A stretch of 64,000 nucleotides of DNA. It comes from an uncultured candidate division Zixibacteria bacterium (GTDB taxonomy: Bacteria; Zixibacteria; MSB-5A5; GN15; FEB-12). Below the pieces are notes generated by a model. That model had not been told where the DNA came from. It saw only the letters and a program-made list of their open reading frames with translations, and ran no database searches. The position numbers were made by a program, and so were the translations under genes. Of the stretch, positions 18,947 to 29,601 are shown piece by piece (position 1 is the first letter of the stretch; the number at the start of each line of letters is the position of its first letter). The stretch is taken from positions 918,439 through 982,438 of the forward strand of contig OY760907.1 in assembly GCA_963664195.1 (NCBI GenBank). The letters are read 5' to 3'.

Positions 18947-21900
18947 TTGTTGGTAAAAAGTTCTATGAATGAGTCCGCCCTGCTCACATCACAACGGTCG
19001 TATCTGCCGTTCGGTTTTCCGCTGTCCCGCAGATCGTGGGACTTATTTGAAGTCAAGCCGCTGATAGAGTCTCTGGCGCCCACCTGGTCGTCCTCGGAAG
19101 GCCACGCTGTCCGCAAACTGGCCGACAGGTTCAACCGTCGACGTTTCAAGGAGTTCCGTCCCGGCGAGCTAATCCAGGCAGGCGAACTGATGACGGTCGG
19201 TGTGATTGTCGATGTCCTGCGCTACATCCTGGTTGTCTACAACCATCGCGACAACGCAGGCGTAATGAGCCGCGGAGTCGCCGAGGTCGCCTCGCATCTT
19301 GGCACGTCAGTGGTGGATCGTCCTCCGACGGCATTTGTCAATCTCTTCCCGCCGCTGCCGGTGATGCTTGAGAAAGTGCCGGAGAAAGATTTTCTGAAAG
19401 CTGCTTCGAAGGATATCTCGAATTTCGACAAAGTGACAGCAGAGTTGATTCTCCTGTCCTTGTCTATGGAGAACCCGGCTTTTAAGCCGTTCCGCGACCT
19501 GTTCCACGATAGAGACCTGTGCGATGCCGCACCCTATCGCTCGATGATCGGCGGCCTGGAGCGCTTTTACAAAAACCAGCCGGATTTCGACCCGCTGAAT
19601 CTTCCCCTTTTCGAGGCAATGCGCCTGCCGATGCGGGAATGCCCGGATTCAGTCGAGGATCAGTTGCGGTTCATCCTCAAACACTGGGCCTCCTTCCTGC
19701 CCCTGGAGCTGGTGCGGCGACTGACGTTGGCATCGGACATACTCAAGGAGGAAACGCAACTCCGCGGACTAGGCGGTGGACCGAATCTGGTCATGGAATT
19801 CACACGCGAAGTCGACGACGCCGGCTATCCCGAACCGGCCCGGTTTTCCCGTGACGCAGACTGGATGTCCAACGTCGTGATCATCGCCAAGACGGCATAC
19901 GTTTGGCTCGACCAGCTTTCAAAGAAATACAAACGGGACATTCGCATTTTGAGCGATGTGCCGGACGAAGAACTGGATCGCCTCGCTCGCTGGGGGTTCA
20001 CCGGACTGTGGTTGATCGGCCTGTGGGAACGATCAGCAGCCTCAGAGAAGATCAAGAAGATGATGGGCAATCCCGAGGCGGCAGCCTCGGCGTATTCGCT
20101 CTACGATTACGATATCGCAGCGGAACTCGGCGGTGAAGAAGCCTACCAGAACCTTCGCGCCCGCGCCTGGGATCGGGGAATACGTTTGGCCTCGGACATG
20201 GTGCCGAACCACATGGGCATTTACTCGCGCTGGGTCATCGAACACCCGAACTGGTTTGTTCAGGACGATCATCCTCCCTTCCCGAACTATGCGTTCACCG
20301 GCGAAGACCTGTCCTGGGATGATCGAGTGGTGCTTCAGATCGAGGACGGGTACTGGGAGCATCGCGACGCAGCGGTTGTGTTCAAACGGATCGACAAGCA
20401 TACCGGCGATGTAAAGTACATTTATCACGGCAACGACGGTACCAGCATGCCGTGGAACGACACCGCTCAATTGAATTTCATGATGTCGGAAGTGCGCGAG
20501 GCGGTGATCCAGACGATCCTGCACGTCGCCCGCAAGTTCCCGATCATCCGGTTCGATGCCGCCATGACGCTCGCCAAGAAGCATTACCAACGACTCTGGT
20601 TCCCGAAACCCGGCGATGCCGGCGCTATTCCCTCACGGGCTGAGCACTCGATGACCAGGGCGCAGTTCGACGAGGCCTTCCCGGCTGAGTTCTGGCGCAA
20701 CGTGGTCGACCGGGTGGCAGCCGAAGTGCCCGACACACTGCTTCTGGCGGAAGCCTTCTGGCTGATGGAGGGATATTTCGTTCGCACCCTCGGCATGCAC
20801 CGCGTGTACAATAGCGCCTTCATGAACATGCTGAAGATGGAAGACAACTGCAAGTATCGCTTGACGATCAAGAACGTCCTCCGGTTCAGCCCGGAAGTCC
20901 TCAAGCGGTTCGTCAATTTCATGAACAACCCGGACGAGGACACCGCTATTGCGCAGTTTGGCGACGGTGACAAGTATTTTGGTGTGGCAATGCTCATGGT
21001 CACCATGCCGGGGCTGCCGATGTTCGGTCACGGGCAGATCGAGGGGCTGACTGAGAAATACGGCATGGAGTATCGCAAGGCGTATTGGGACGAACAGACT
21101 AACGAAGGTCTTGTCACTCGCCACGAGCGGGAGATTTTCCCCCTGATGCGCCGCCGTGAGCTGTTCTCCGGAGCAGAAAACTTTGCCTTTTTCGACTTCA
21201 TGACCCCCGATGGCTGGGTGGATGAAAACGTGTACGCCTACACCAACCGATGCGGCGATCAACGAGCGGTGATACTTTTCAACAACGCCTATGAAACAAC
21301 ACGCGGGCAGATTCACACTTCGACACCCATTAATGTTGCCTCGGATGAAGACGAGTTCATCGTGACAAGAACGTTGGCCGAAGCTCTGGGACTGAACACT
21401 TCTTGCGGACATTTTTACAAATTCAGCGATCATCATGCTGGCCTTGAGTTTATCAGAGGCGGTCAACAGATAGCGGACGATGGCCTCTTCGCCGAACTCG
21501 GAGGCTACCAGTATCACGCCTTCATGGATTTCCGTGAGATATTCGACTTCGACGGTTCCTGGGGTGAGCTATGCTGGCGACTCAACGGAAGGGGCGTCCC
21601 GAACCTTGACGAGGCTTATCGAGAGATGCGATTTGAGCCGGTTCTGACGCCGTTCCGCGAAACCGTAAACGCGGAGGTGCTACGCAATCTGGCGTCGAAT
21701 AACGGCAAAGCACACAAGCAGTTCGAGAAATCCATAGCTTCCCTGCTCGGGAAAATCGACGAGTTCGCCGGCAACGGTCAGGACACAGAAGAGGTCATGA
21801 AGGAGATTCACGACGAATTGAGCGCCCTGAAAGAAACCGAATTTGAGGTCAAGAAAGACAGCAACGAACGATCTCTGCATCATGTGCTGGCTGGATGGAT

Positions 21901-22417
21901 TGCCTCACGGCACATTGGTCGAGTAGGCATCACAGAAAACGACGCAAAACATGTCGATGAATCGGGTGGGCCAAGTCCGAGACTTCTCGCCAGACACCGC
22001 CTCGAAGACTGGCTGTTGCGCAAGAGCATGGCCCAGGCCTACTCTGAGTTCAGCGGCGATAATGCGGCGGGTTGGTTTGATGCCCTGCTGGTATCGGTCG
22101 GCGTGGCGCACGACAATTTCTTTGACCCGTCGTCGAAACTGACCCTTGCAGAGAGTTTGACAAGCATTCTTGAGGATCCGCTCGGCTCGCAGTATCTCCA
22201 GATCAACCGCCACAGGGAGATTGACTATCTCAACAAAGAGCAACTTGAGAGAATGCTTGAGGCACTGGCGTTGATAATGGAAGTCCGTTTGCATTCGCGC
22301 GGCATCCCGGGACATGATACAATGGCGCTGGCGCGTCGACGGATTAAGCTGATCACCGCGGCGGCTGAGAAATCGGGGTACCAGGTTGATAAGATGATTA
22401 CGCTGTTGAAGAAGTAG
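18947..22417 (+). CDS. Large (1156 aa) GH13 alpha-amylase-family protein
   Basis: GH13 regions I-III are recognisable: 'DMVPNHMG', 'IRFDAAMTLAKKH' and 'LLAEAFW'. Region IV reads 'FMNNPDE' rather than the canonical FxxNHD. About 400 aa of unassigned sequence lie on each side. Confidence 0.75.
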   Translation: MLVKSSMNESALLTSQRSYLPFGFPLSRRSWDLFEVKPLIESLAPTWSSSEGHAVRKLADRFNRRRFKEFRPGELIQAGELMTVGVIVDVLRYILVVYNHRDNAGVMSRGVAEVASHLGTSVVDRPPTAFVNLFPPLPVMLEKVPEKDFLKAASKDISNFDKVTAELILLSLSMENPAFKPFRDLFHDRDLCDAAPYRSMIGGLERFYKNQPDFDPLNLPLFEAMRLPMRECPDSVEDQLRFILKHWASFLPLELVRRLTLASDILKEETQLRGLGGGPNLVMEFTREVDDAGYPEPARFSRDADWMSNVVIIAKTAYVWLDQLSKKYKRDIRILSDVPDEELDRLARWGFTGLWLIGLWERSAASEKIKKMMGNPEAAASAYSLYDYDIAAELGGEEAYQNLRARAWDRGIRLASDMVPNHMGIYSRWVIEHPNWFVQDDHPPFPNYAFTGEDLSWDDRVVLQIEDGYWEHRDAAVVFKRIDKHTGDVKYIYHGNDGTSMPWNDTAQLNFMMSEVREAVIQTILHVARKFPIIRFDAAMTLAKKHYQRLWFPKPGDAGAIPSRAEHSMTRAQFDEAFPAEFWRNVVDRVAAEVPDTLLLAEAFWLMEGYFVRTLGMHRVYNSAFMNMLKMEDNCKYRLTIKNVLRFSPEVLKRFVNFMNNPDEDTAIAQFGDGDKYFGVAMLMVTMPGLPMFGHGQIEGLTEKYGMEYRKAYWDEQTNEGLVTRHEREIFPLMRRRELFSGAENFAFFDFMTPDGWVDENVYAYTNRCGDQRAVILFNNAYETTRGQIHTSTPINVASDEDEFIVTRTLAEALGLNTSCGHFYKFSDHHAGLEFIRGGQQIADDGLFAELGGYQYHAFMDFREIFDFDGSWGELCWRLNGRGVPNLDEAYREMRFEPVLTPFRETVNAEVLRNLASNNGKAHKQFEKSIASLLGKIDEFAGNGQDTEEVMKEIHDELSALKETEFEVKKDSNERSLHHVLAGWIASRHIGRVGITENDAKHVDESGGPSPRLLARHRLEDWLLRKSMAQAYSEFSGDNAAGWFDALLVSVGVAHDNFFDPSSKLTLAESLTSILEDPLGSQYLQINRHREIDYLNKEQLERMLEALALIMEVRLHSRGIPGHDTMALARRRIKLITAAAEKSGYQVDKMITLLKK

Positions 22418-22585
22418 CACCGGCGGTGTCTACCACGGTACAAAGTCATTTCGTTTTCGTGGGCGATGGCAGACCACAGTCTGCCACCGCCTAACGTCAC
22501 ATCGTTATCCGGAAATTCATCGAGTACACTATCGTGTGCCGCACACATGACTCGCGCCGAAAGGCGTGAGAGAAGTCCCCTCTTG

Positions 22586-22601
22586 AGAGGGGATTCAGGG
22601 G
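22586..22601. terminator. Palindromic hairpin (cccctcttgagagggg) between convergent genes
   Basis: A perfect 6-bp inverted repeat around a 4-nt loop, cccctc-ttga-gagggg. Confidence 0.4.
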
Positions 22602-22669
22602 GGTGTTTCTTTCGCTGGGGAATGTCTGAGAGTTGTCGAAACTGCAGGAATTTCGACCTACCAATCCGA

Positions 22670-23815
22670 TTACGATTCCAATTCCGCCCAGAGACGATTT
22701 ATCGAGGATTCCAGCAATCCCGCCTGCCAGCGCATGAGCGGACCGGCTTCCATGATTTCATCTATAGTTCGTGGCTTGCTTTTCACAATCGCCTCAAGCG
22801 TCGCTCTCGGGGCAAGCACACCCTGATCAATCTGCAGTTCGTTGGCAATACGCGCGCACTCGTCTCGAAGTTGATCAAACCCCGGTCCGGGGGGACCGTT
22901 GTAACGGCCACGAATATGCTGCGGCCAGTCTTCTGGTGGCAACTGTTTGGCCTGATCAATCGCGCTTTCAAGCTCGCGGAGCCGTCGCCCGTTGCAGTGG
23001 GGAGGCAGATCCGGACCGGCATGGCGGAGACGATGGCCGTTGGCCTCGCACCAGACAGCGAGTTCGAGTATGAGGCTGTTGAGCATAATCTTGAAGGCCG
23101 GTATGTCAGCCCGGCTGGCTTCAGACTCACGCCATTTCCATATCTCCCGTACGAAGGCCATCTGCCGTGGCTTGAGATAGCGCACTCCCTTGACTCGCCA
23201 GGCCCGGTCTTCGTCCCGGTGGTTCGCAACCGCCGTAACGGCAACCTGCCGCGCACAAGACTCCCGGTGCCATTCGGTTCGCCCAAGTTTCTCCAACTTT
23301 GCCGCCAGCGTGTCGGCCAGCGACGGAAGATACCGGGTATCATCGCAGGCATAGCTGAGTTGCGATGGAGTGAGCGGACGCCGCGACCAATCAGACTTTT
23401 GCCCTTGTTTGGTCAGGGCGACATCAAGAAACTGGCCTGCCATTGCCACGAGGCCAATCTGTTCACAGCCAAGTAGTTGAGCGGCAAGCAGAGTATCGAA
23501 TACCTCTCGGTGGGCTTCAAATCCAAAAGACTGACGCAACATTCGAAGATCATACTCGGCTGAATGGAAAATCAACGGTTTTTCGGAGAGAATCCCAAGG
23601 AAGGTGCTGAGATCAAGATCAACCAGCGGATCGACAATATAGTGATCACCCGACACCGTTAGCTGGATCAGACAAACCTTCTCATGGTAATGATGAAGGC
23701 TGTCGGCCTCCGTGTCGAGAGCGATTCGGTCTGCTGTTACGAGGCAATCACAGAGTGTCGCCAGAGCTGAGGCGGAATCGACATATTCATAAAGAACGTC
23801 AGGTTGTGTAGCCAA
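22670..23815 (-). CDS. rnd: Ribonuclease D (DEDDy 3'-5' exonuclease + HRDC)
   Basis: 'IALDTEADSLHHYHEKVCLIQL' holds the DEDD motif I. The C-terminal region is HRDC-like. Confidence 0.85.
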   Translation of the reverse strand: MATQPDVLYEYVDSASALATLCDCLVTADRIALDTEADSLHHYHEKVCLIQLTVSGDHYIVDPLVDLDLSTFLGILSEKPLIFHSAEYDLRMLRQSFGFEAHREVFDTLLAAQLLGCEQIGLVAMAGQFLDVALTKQGQKSDWSRRPLTPSQLSYACDDTRYLPSLADTLAAKLEKLGRTEWHRESCARQVAVTAVANHRDEDRAWRVKGVRYLKPRQMAFVREIWKWRESEASRADIPAFKIMLNSLILELAVWCEANGHRLRHAGPDLPPHCNGRRLRELESAIDQAKQLPPEDWPQHIRGRYNGPPGPGFDQLRDECARIANELQIDQGVLAPRATLEAIVKSKPRTIDEIMEAGPLMRWQAGLLESSINRLWAELES

Positions 23816-24071
23816 ATGGAGGCTCTTCCTCTGATGCTTCGGACCAAAAGCGAGTTACTGTTGTCTTCTATTCTTCTGCAGTGCCTGTCCCTGGGTTCAG
23901 CATAGTACAGTATGAGACGGCAAGATGTCAAGAATTTACAGTAGACTGTCTCAAGTCCCCGGCGAGATGAAGGCAACCTTGCCGGCAATTGTCTTGTGTT
24001 TTCGGGAAAATCCATTACATTCGCGTTCTCTTGATGATTAGCGGCTTGAGACAGCCTGAAGAAACGAAAAG

Positions 24072-24557
24072 ATGCCAGAGAGACCGTTGAAACAACATAC
24101 TGCTACAGCATTTCTGATTTCCCGCGAGGAGCCGCGTCGAGTGTTGCTGCTACATCACAAAACGCTGAACAAGTGGCAGCCACCCGGAGGGCACCAGAAT
24201 CCGGACGAAAACCCTTGCCAGACGGTGATTCGCGAGACGATTGAGGAAACTGGTATCGACATAGCGCCCTTTCTCCCGAAGCCCGTACAACTTGATGGAA
24301 GGGCAACTATGCTGCCGCTCCCGGAGTATTTCCTTGAGGAGCAGATTCCGGCACACAAAGACAAACCTGCCCACGTCCATCTGGACATGGTGTACGTAGT
24401 CGAAGTGCCGATACAGAAAGCAGTGTTGGAGAGAGACGGCGCGCACGAAATCGGCTGGTTTTTAGTGGAAGAAGCGATGCAACTTGACATGTTTGTCAAC
24501 GTGCGGGTTACTCTGGCAGAGATTTTTGATTTGTATGAAGGTAAGGTTCGTGGATAA
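24072..24557 (+). CDS. NUDIX hydrolase
   Basis: The Nudix box is 'GGHQNPDENPCQTVIRETIEETGI'. Confidence 0.85.
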   Translation: MPERPLKQHTATAFLISREEPRRVLLLHHKTLNKWQPPGGHQNPDENPCQTVIRETIEETGIDIAPFLPKPVQLDGRATMLPLPEYFLEEQIPAHKDKPAHVHLDMVYVVEVPIQKAVLERDGAHEIGWFLVEEAMQLDMFVNVRVTLAEIFDLYEGKVRG

Positions 24558-25740
24558 GACGACAAGTTCAGAAAAATACATCGCCAAGACACTGTACGGT
24601 CTTGAAGACCTCCTGGCGACAGAATTGAAGTCACTGGGGGCCAGCGGCGTGCACCCTATGATTCGCGCGGTGGAATTCGAGGGCGGCAAACGCCTCATGT
24701 ACAAGGCCAATCTCTGGTGCCGGTTGACGACGCGAATTCTCAAGCCAATCGCAAGGTTCCATGCAGCCAACGGCGATCAATTGTACAAAGAGATGTCGCG
24801 AATCAAGTGGTGCAACTACCTTGATGCGGACTCGACTCTGGCAATCGACAGCGTGGTGAGCCATTCCGGGTTTAACCACACGCACTATGTGGCACAGCGG
24901 GCCAAGGATGCCATTGTCGACCAGATCCGCAATCGGACAGGACGACGTCCTTCGGTTGATGTAGACAACCCGGATCTCAGACTGAATCTGCACATCCACC
25001 AGAACCGGGCGACCTTGTCGTTGGATTCCTCTGGCGACGGCCTGCATCGTCGGGGCTATCGCACCGAAGGCGGCAAAGCCCCCGTGAACGAAGTTCTGGC
25101 GGCGGGAATCTTGACGCTCACCGGCTGGAATATGTCCGTGCCACTGGTTGATATCATGTGCGGATCCGGCACCTTCGTGATTGAAGCCGCTATGATGGCA
25201 CGTCGTATGGCACCAGGGCTGCTCAAGAAGAAATTCGGTTTCCAAAATTGGAGCGATTACGCGCCGGAGCTTTTTGAGACCGTCCGGAAGGAGGCAGAAC
25301 AAGCCGCGCTGCCCAACCTGCCGTTCGGATTGTTCGGCTCCGACAAAAACCGGCACCAGGTTGCCGACGCCCAGAGTAATGCCAGAAGGGCCGGAGTGGC
25401 CGACGACGTGACGTTCGCCGATCATCCCTTCGATGAATCTGACCCGCCCCCGCCGCCGGGCGTGTTGGTAATCAATCCTCCGTACGGCGAGCGCATCCAG
25501 GTAGAAGATATCAAAAGCCTGTATAGTAGCATCGGCGACACCCTCAAGAAGAAATTCACCGGCTACGACGCCTTTGTTTTCACGGGCAACCTTGAAGCCG
25601 CCAAGCATGTGGGACTGAGGACGTCGCGTAAGATCAAGCTGGTCAACGGTGCGATTGAATGCCGGCTGCTCAAGTACGAAATGTACATGGGCACGCGCAA
25701 GGCGAAGAAGTTACAGCAGATGAGTGACGAGCAGCAGTAG
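24535..25740 (+). CDS. THUMP-domain class-I SAM methyltransferase (RlmL/N6-adenine-type 'NPPYG' motif)
   Basis: It has an N-terminal THUMP-like region. 'VLVINPPYGERI' is motif IV. The start was chosen at MKVRF. Confidence 0.8.
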   Translation: MKVRFVDKTTSSEKYIAKTLYGLEDLLATELKSLGASGVHPMIRAVEFEGGKRLMYKANLWCRLTTRILKPIARFHAANGDQLYKEMSRIKWCNYLDADSTLAIDSVVSHSGFNHTHYVAQRAKDAIVDQIRNRTGRRPSVDVDNPDLRLNLHIHQNRATLSLDSSGDGLHRRGYRTEGGKAPVNEVLAAGILTLTGWNMSVPLVDIMCGSGTFVIEAAMMARRMAPGLLKKKFGFQNWSDYAPELFETVRKEAEQAALPNLPFGLFGSDKNRHQVADAQSNARRAGVADDVTFADHPFDESDPPPPPGVLVINPPYGERIQVEDIKSLYSSIGDTLKKKFTGYDAFVFTGNLEAAKHVGLRTSRKIKLVNGAIECRLLKYEMYMGTRKAKKLQQMSDEQQ

Positions 25741-25828
25741 AGGCATATTTCGACAAGCTCGGATTCAACCATCCCGCCGATAGATACTCTTTGACATTTC
25801 GCGCGCAAATCACCTTACTGACAGTCAC

Positions 25829-26752
25829 ATGACGACGCCGGTTCCAACACACAAACGGGTTTTCGCCGACCTCGGGCTGTTTTATTCTGCCGCGATATGG
25901 GGCTCGACATTCTTCATCGTTAAGGATGCCCTGAACGATATAGATCCCGTCATACTGGTCGGCTATCGCTTCCTGATGGCCGGACTCATCCTGTTGGCAT
26001 ACTTGAGAATCTCTGGCCGCCCTATCTTCAAAGGCCTGGGACAGGCTACGGTACTTGCAGTGATTCTCTGGCTGCTGTACATTCCGCAGACTATCGGACT
26101 CAAATACACTACCGCCTCGAATTCGGGATTCATCACCGGTCTGTTTGTCGCGTTTGTGCCGATCTTCATGCTGACTATCTTCAGGCGCAAACCAACCGTG
26201 GCGGAAGTTGTCGCGTCGATAGTCTCGCTGGGAGGGCTGTGGATACTCACCGGAGGATTGCAGGACATAAACGTTGGCGACTCTCTCACGCTGATTGCGG
26301 CAATGACCTACGCGCTTCACGTGCTGTACGCCGACAAGTACGTCAGGAGCGGAATCGATCCGTACACGATATGCACCCAGCAGTTTCTGCTCGTGGGTTT
26401 GTTCAGCCTGGTGACCGGTCTCGTGATGGGATTGCCGTTCGCGATCGAATCGGCGGGAGCGGGGAGGACGGTCATCTTTCTGGCCCTGCTGCCGACCCTG
26501 TCCGCCTTTGTAATACAGATGGTGGCACAAAGAATTACTGCTCCTTTGAAGGTGTCGCTGATATTCGCGCTCGAACCGGTATTCGCGGCGATGTTTGCCT
26601 GGACGCTGGGCGGCGAGAAGTTTGTGACCCATCGCGCGGCTGGCGGCGCATTGATTTTCCTGGCGCTGGTGATCTCCGGATCATCGGCACCGGCTCTGAA
26701 ACTCTGGAAATTCATCACGTTGAACTCCAGACGCGGTGACGACTCTCGCTGA
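25829..26752 (+). CDS. DMT-superfamily (EamA-like) transporter
   Basis: There are ten predicted TM helices with two-fold EamA-like repeats. Confidence 0.85.
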   Translation: MTTPVPTHKRVFADLGLFYSAAIWGSTFFIVKDALNDIDPVILVGYRFLMAGLILLAYLRISGRPIFKGLGQATVLAVILWLLYIPQTIGLKYTTASNSGFITGLFVAFVPIFMLTIFRRKPTVAEVVASIVSLGGLWILTGGLQDINVGDSLTLIAAMTYALHVLYADKYVRSGIDPYTICTQQFLLVGLFSLVTGLVMGLPFAIESAGAGRTVIFLALLPTLSAFVIQMVAQRITAPLKVSLIFALEPVFAAMFAWTLGGEKFVTHRAAGGALIFLALVISGSSAPALKLWKFITLNSRRGDDSR

Positions 26753-26844
26753 TTTCGGGATTGCGCACGCAATCGGTCTTTGATATACTCCCGTCAGTGA
26801 AATCTATTACTTCGGCTTGTCCGATCTAGAAGGAGGCAGAGACT

Positions 26845-27345
26845 ATGAAAGTGACAATTACGACGAACAAGGGTGATATCAATCTCAGGCTGTTCGCCGA
26901 CAAGGCTCCCGTAACAGTCGCGAATTTCGTGAACCTCGCCAAGCGTGGGTACTACGACGGTCTCACGTTTCACCGCGTGATCGACAATTTCATGATCCAG
27001 GGCGGCTGTCCTCTCGGTAACGGCACCGGCGGTCCCGGCTACAATTTCGAGGACGAGTGTACGCCGGAATTGAGGCATGACGGCCCGGGAAGACTCTCCA
27101 TGGCCAACGCTGGCCCGAACTCCAACGGCAGCCAGTTCTTCATTACGCATGTCCCGACCGATTGGCTCGACGGCAAACATACGGTCTTTGGCGAAGTCTT
27201 AGCGACCGAGGATCAGACAGTGGTCAACAAGATCGCTGGCAATGACAGGATCGAAAAAGTGGTCGTCGTGGATGACCCGACCGAATTGTTCGAGAAAACA
27301 AAGGATCGTATCGAGGCTTGGAACAAGATTCTCGACAAGCAGTAA
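26845..27345 (+). CDS. ppiB: Peptidyl-prolyl cis-trans isomerase, cyclophilin type
   Basis: '[13 protein letters not shown]' and 'GSQFFIT' are cyclophilin signatures, and a GGAGG RBS is present. Confidence 0.9.
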   Translation: MKVTITTNKGDINLRLFADKAPVTVANFVNLAKRGYYDGLTFHRVIDNFMIQGGCPLGNGTGGPGYNFEDECTPELRHDGPGRLSMANAGPNSNGSQFFITHVPTDWLDGKHTVFGEVLATEDQTVVNKIAGNDRIEKVVVVDDPTELFEKTKDRIEAWNKILDKQ

Positions 27346-27377
27346 TCGTCTCGACAACAAGCAGTTAGAATCAAAAC

Positions 27378-27420
27378 GCACAGGTGCCCCTTTGCCCGCG
27401 CCATCTGTGCGTTTTTTAGT
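27378..27420 (+). terminator. Rho-independent terminator (cgcacag…ctgtgcg + T6)
   Basis: The stem-loop followed by TTTTTT lies after the ppi stop codon. Confidence 0.6.
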
Positions 27421-27482
27421 CATAGCAGAACCTAAAGTTGGCCTCTCATCTCCCCGAAACACTGATATAGAAGGGAAAGCCA

Positions 27483-28814
27483 ATGGATTCTGCATTTGTA
27501 AGTAAGCTTCTCAGCGAGAACCGACAACTCTCTACCCTACCCCAGACAATCGTCGAGGTGCTTCGGGTCGTACGTGACGAGAACTCTTCCGCCACGGAAC
27601 TGGCGCGGGTAATCAGAATAGACCCGGCATTAACCTCATCCGTACTGCGGATCGTCAACTCCCCGTTCTATGGCTGTGGCCATCAGATCGGATCGATAAC
27701 GCAGGCGGTCATGACCATGGGCATGCAGCAGGTGGTTTCGCTGGCACTTTCCCACTCCGTGTACAAAATGAACGATGACTGGCGGTCCTCGCCTTACCAT
27801 GTCCGGTACTGGCGTCATTCACTGGAAGTCGCGATCACGTCGCGGATGATTGCCGAACGAGTTGCGCCCGAACAGGCCGAGCAGGCATTCGTGGCCGGCC
27901 TGTTGCATGATATTGGACTGTTGATCCTTGAGCAGACATTGCCAGATCAGGCGGAAAACATGCTGGCCAGTGTCGACGATGAAGCCGAGCTTCTCACGCT
28001 GGAAATCGGAGCCTGGGGGGCCACTCACGCGGAGATCGGCAGCTACCTGCTGAGATTGTGGCAATTGCCGGAGTCAATATGCGAAGCGGTCGAACGACAC
28101 CACGAGTGCACTATCCGGGATGACGGAGACGAGGAGTATTTCCTCAGTCGGATAGTCTGTCTGGCACACTTAATTTCCAAGTTTCCCGTATTGTCCGACC
28201 GTGGGATTGATGCCACCACCTTGCTCGACCGCGAGGTGCTGCGCGCTCATCTGGGTATCCCCGGCGACGTCCTTCAGGCGATAGATCGTGAGTCCTTCAG
28301 CAGAACGCTCGAAGAAGCCGCTTTCCTGGAGATCAACATCGGCTCGGCGGATGACATCGCCTCGGAAACGGAGCAGATGCTTTCCGAACAACATGAGGCA
28401 CTGAGAAGCCTTCAGAAACAGATAGTCGAAGAAGAAGATTGCGGGCAACCCGACAGCCTCGCTTTGAATTCGATGAAGTCGTCTCGGGCCAGTGCTGCGA
28501 GTCTTGCGAAGAATATTCACAAGATCGCCGCCTCCATGCAGGTGTGGATTGCTGCCATCAATTGTGACATAGCCGACACGTCCACCAACGCCATCCCGGC
28601 CGATGCCCTCGCGGCGCTCAAGCAGATCATGGAGGGTAACCTTGAGATAGCCGAGTTGTCCAAGGAAATCGAAGGATTGACGGTCGACGCATCCAACGAC
28701 GCTGATGACGACGAAGACGACGGAGATGATTTCGATTTCTCATCCCTCGATGAGCCTGACGGCAGCGATTCGGTCTACACGCACATAAAAGACAAGGCCG
28801 GACGCCGTTGGTGA
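27483..28814 (+). CDS. HDOD-domain signalling protein with an acidic C-terminal tail
   Basis: HDOD motifs are present ('…LLHDIGLLIL…' and 'GATHAEIG'). The last 45 aa are Asp/Glu-rich. Confidence 0.85.
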   Translation: MDSAFVSKLLSENRQLSTLPQTIVEVLRVVRDENSSATELARVIRIDPALTSSVLRIVNSPFYGCGHQIGSITQAVMTMGMQQVVSLALSHSVYKMNDDWRSSPYHVRYWRHSLEVAITSRMIAERVAPEQAEQAFVAGLLHDIGLLILEQTLPDQAENMLASVDDEAELLTLEIGAWGATHAEIGSYLLRLWQLPESICEAVERHHECTIRDDGDEEYFLSRIVCLAHLISKFPVLSDRGIDATTLLDREVLRAHLGIPGDVLQAIDRESFSRTLEEAAFLEINIGSADDIASETEQMLSEQHEALRSLQKQIVEEEDCGQPDSLALNSMKSSRASAASLAKNIHKIAASMQVWIAAINCDIADTSTNAIPADALAALKQIMEGNLEIAELSKEIEGLTVDASNDADDDEDDGDDFDFSSLDEPDGSDSVYTHIKDKAGRRW

Positions 28815-28870
28815 CAAAGAAAAAGGGACGACGTTTCCGCCGTCCCTGTATTTCTGAGTCCGATGCAGAA

Positions 28871-29329
28871 CTACGCGTCGCCGGATTTGTCGCGACGGTG
28901 CAGCATGTCCATATACATATTGAGATAGCGGTTCTCTATCTCCGTATTATTGGTCTGGCTGCGGATAATATCCCTCAGAGAGACCAGACCGACTACTTCC
29001 TCGGCCTCGACAATCGGCACATGGCGAATCCAGTTCTTGTCCATGATACCCGCAATATACGAGATGTCATCATCCGGGAGACCAATAATCAGCTCGGTCG
29101 TCATCACATCCTTCACCTTCAGACTGTGATAGTCGCCGCCGGTCTTGTGGATCTTCTTGAAAATGTCTTTGTCACTGACGATTCCCGCCAACTGGCCGTC
29201 GTCGTCAATAACCGGGAGACATCCAATGTTGTTCTGGATGAGAAGATCCATGGCCTGATCGACAGTCGTCGACGGTTTGGCAGATATGATCTCTCTCGGT
29301 TTGTTTTCGAGTAAAGTCTTTACGAGCAT
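28871..29329 (-). CDS. CBS-pair domain protein
   Basis: There are two CBS motifs ('…NIGCLPVIDDDGQLAGIVSDKD…' and 'RHVPIVEAEEVVGLVSLRDI'), and an RBS. Confidence 0.8.
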   Translation of the reverse strand: MLVKTLLENKPREIISAKPSTTVDQAMDLLIQNNIGCLPVIDDDGQLAGIVSDKDIFKKIHKTGGDYHSLKVKDVMTTELIIGLPDDDISYIAGIMDKNWIRHVPIVEAEEVVGLVSLRDIIRSQTNNTEIENRYLNMYMDMLHRRDKSGDA

Positions 29330-29601
29330 ACTCCACCCTTTCTATTCAAAATGTAAGATATTTCAGAAGATGCCTCTATTTGTAATATAGAGACTCCACT
29401 GTGCGGGGACAAGTAAAAACCGGCGAACCAAAACCGGCGAACGACGGTTGTAATCCCCTCAAAATCGCCCTGCATACTCTTTGTACGGTAAGACAGGCCC
29501 CGAGTTCGCTGCTTCCACAACAGGACACGTGGTCGGCCTGCTGAAAAACCGTGACATTTGTCGCCACATTCCGGATACTGACAGAATACCGGAGTTAATA
29601 T

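Noticed and set aside
20633-21517. 294-aa minus-strand ORF
   Set aside because: It lies entirely within, and antisense to, the GH13 gene.
24631-25608. 325-aa minus-strand ORF
   Set aside because: It is antisense to the THUMP methyltransferase and has no independent support.
25670-26632. 320-aa minus-strand ORF (Arg/Gln/His-rich)
   Set aside because: It is antisense to the DMT transporter gene. Its composition is typical of a GC-rich antisense frame.
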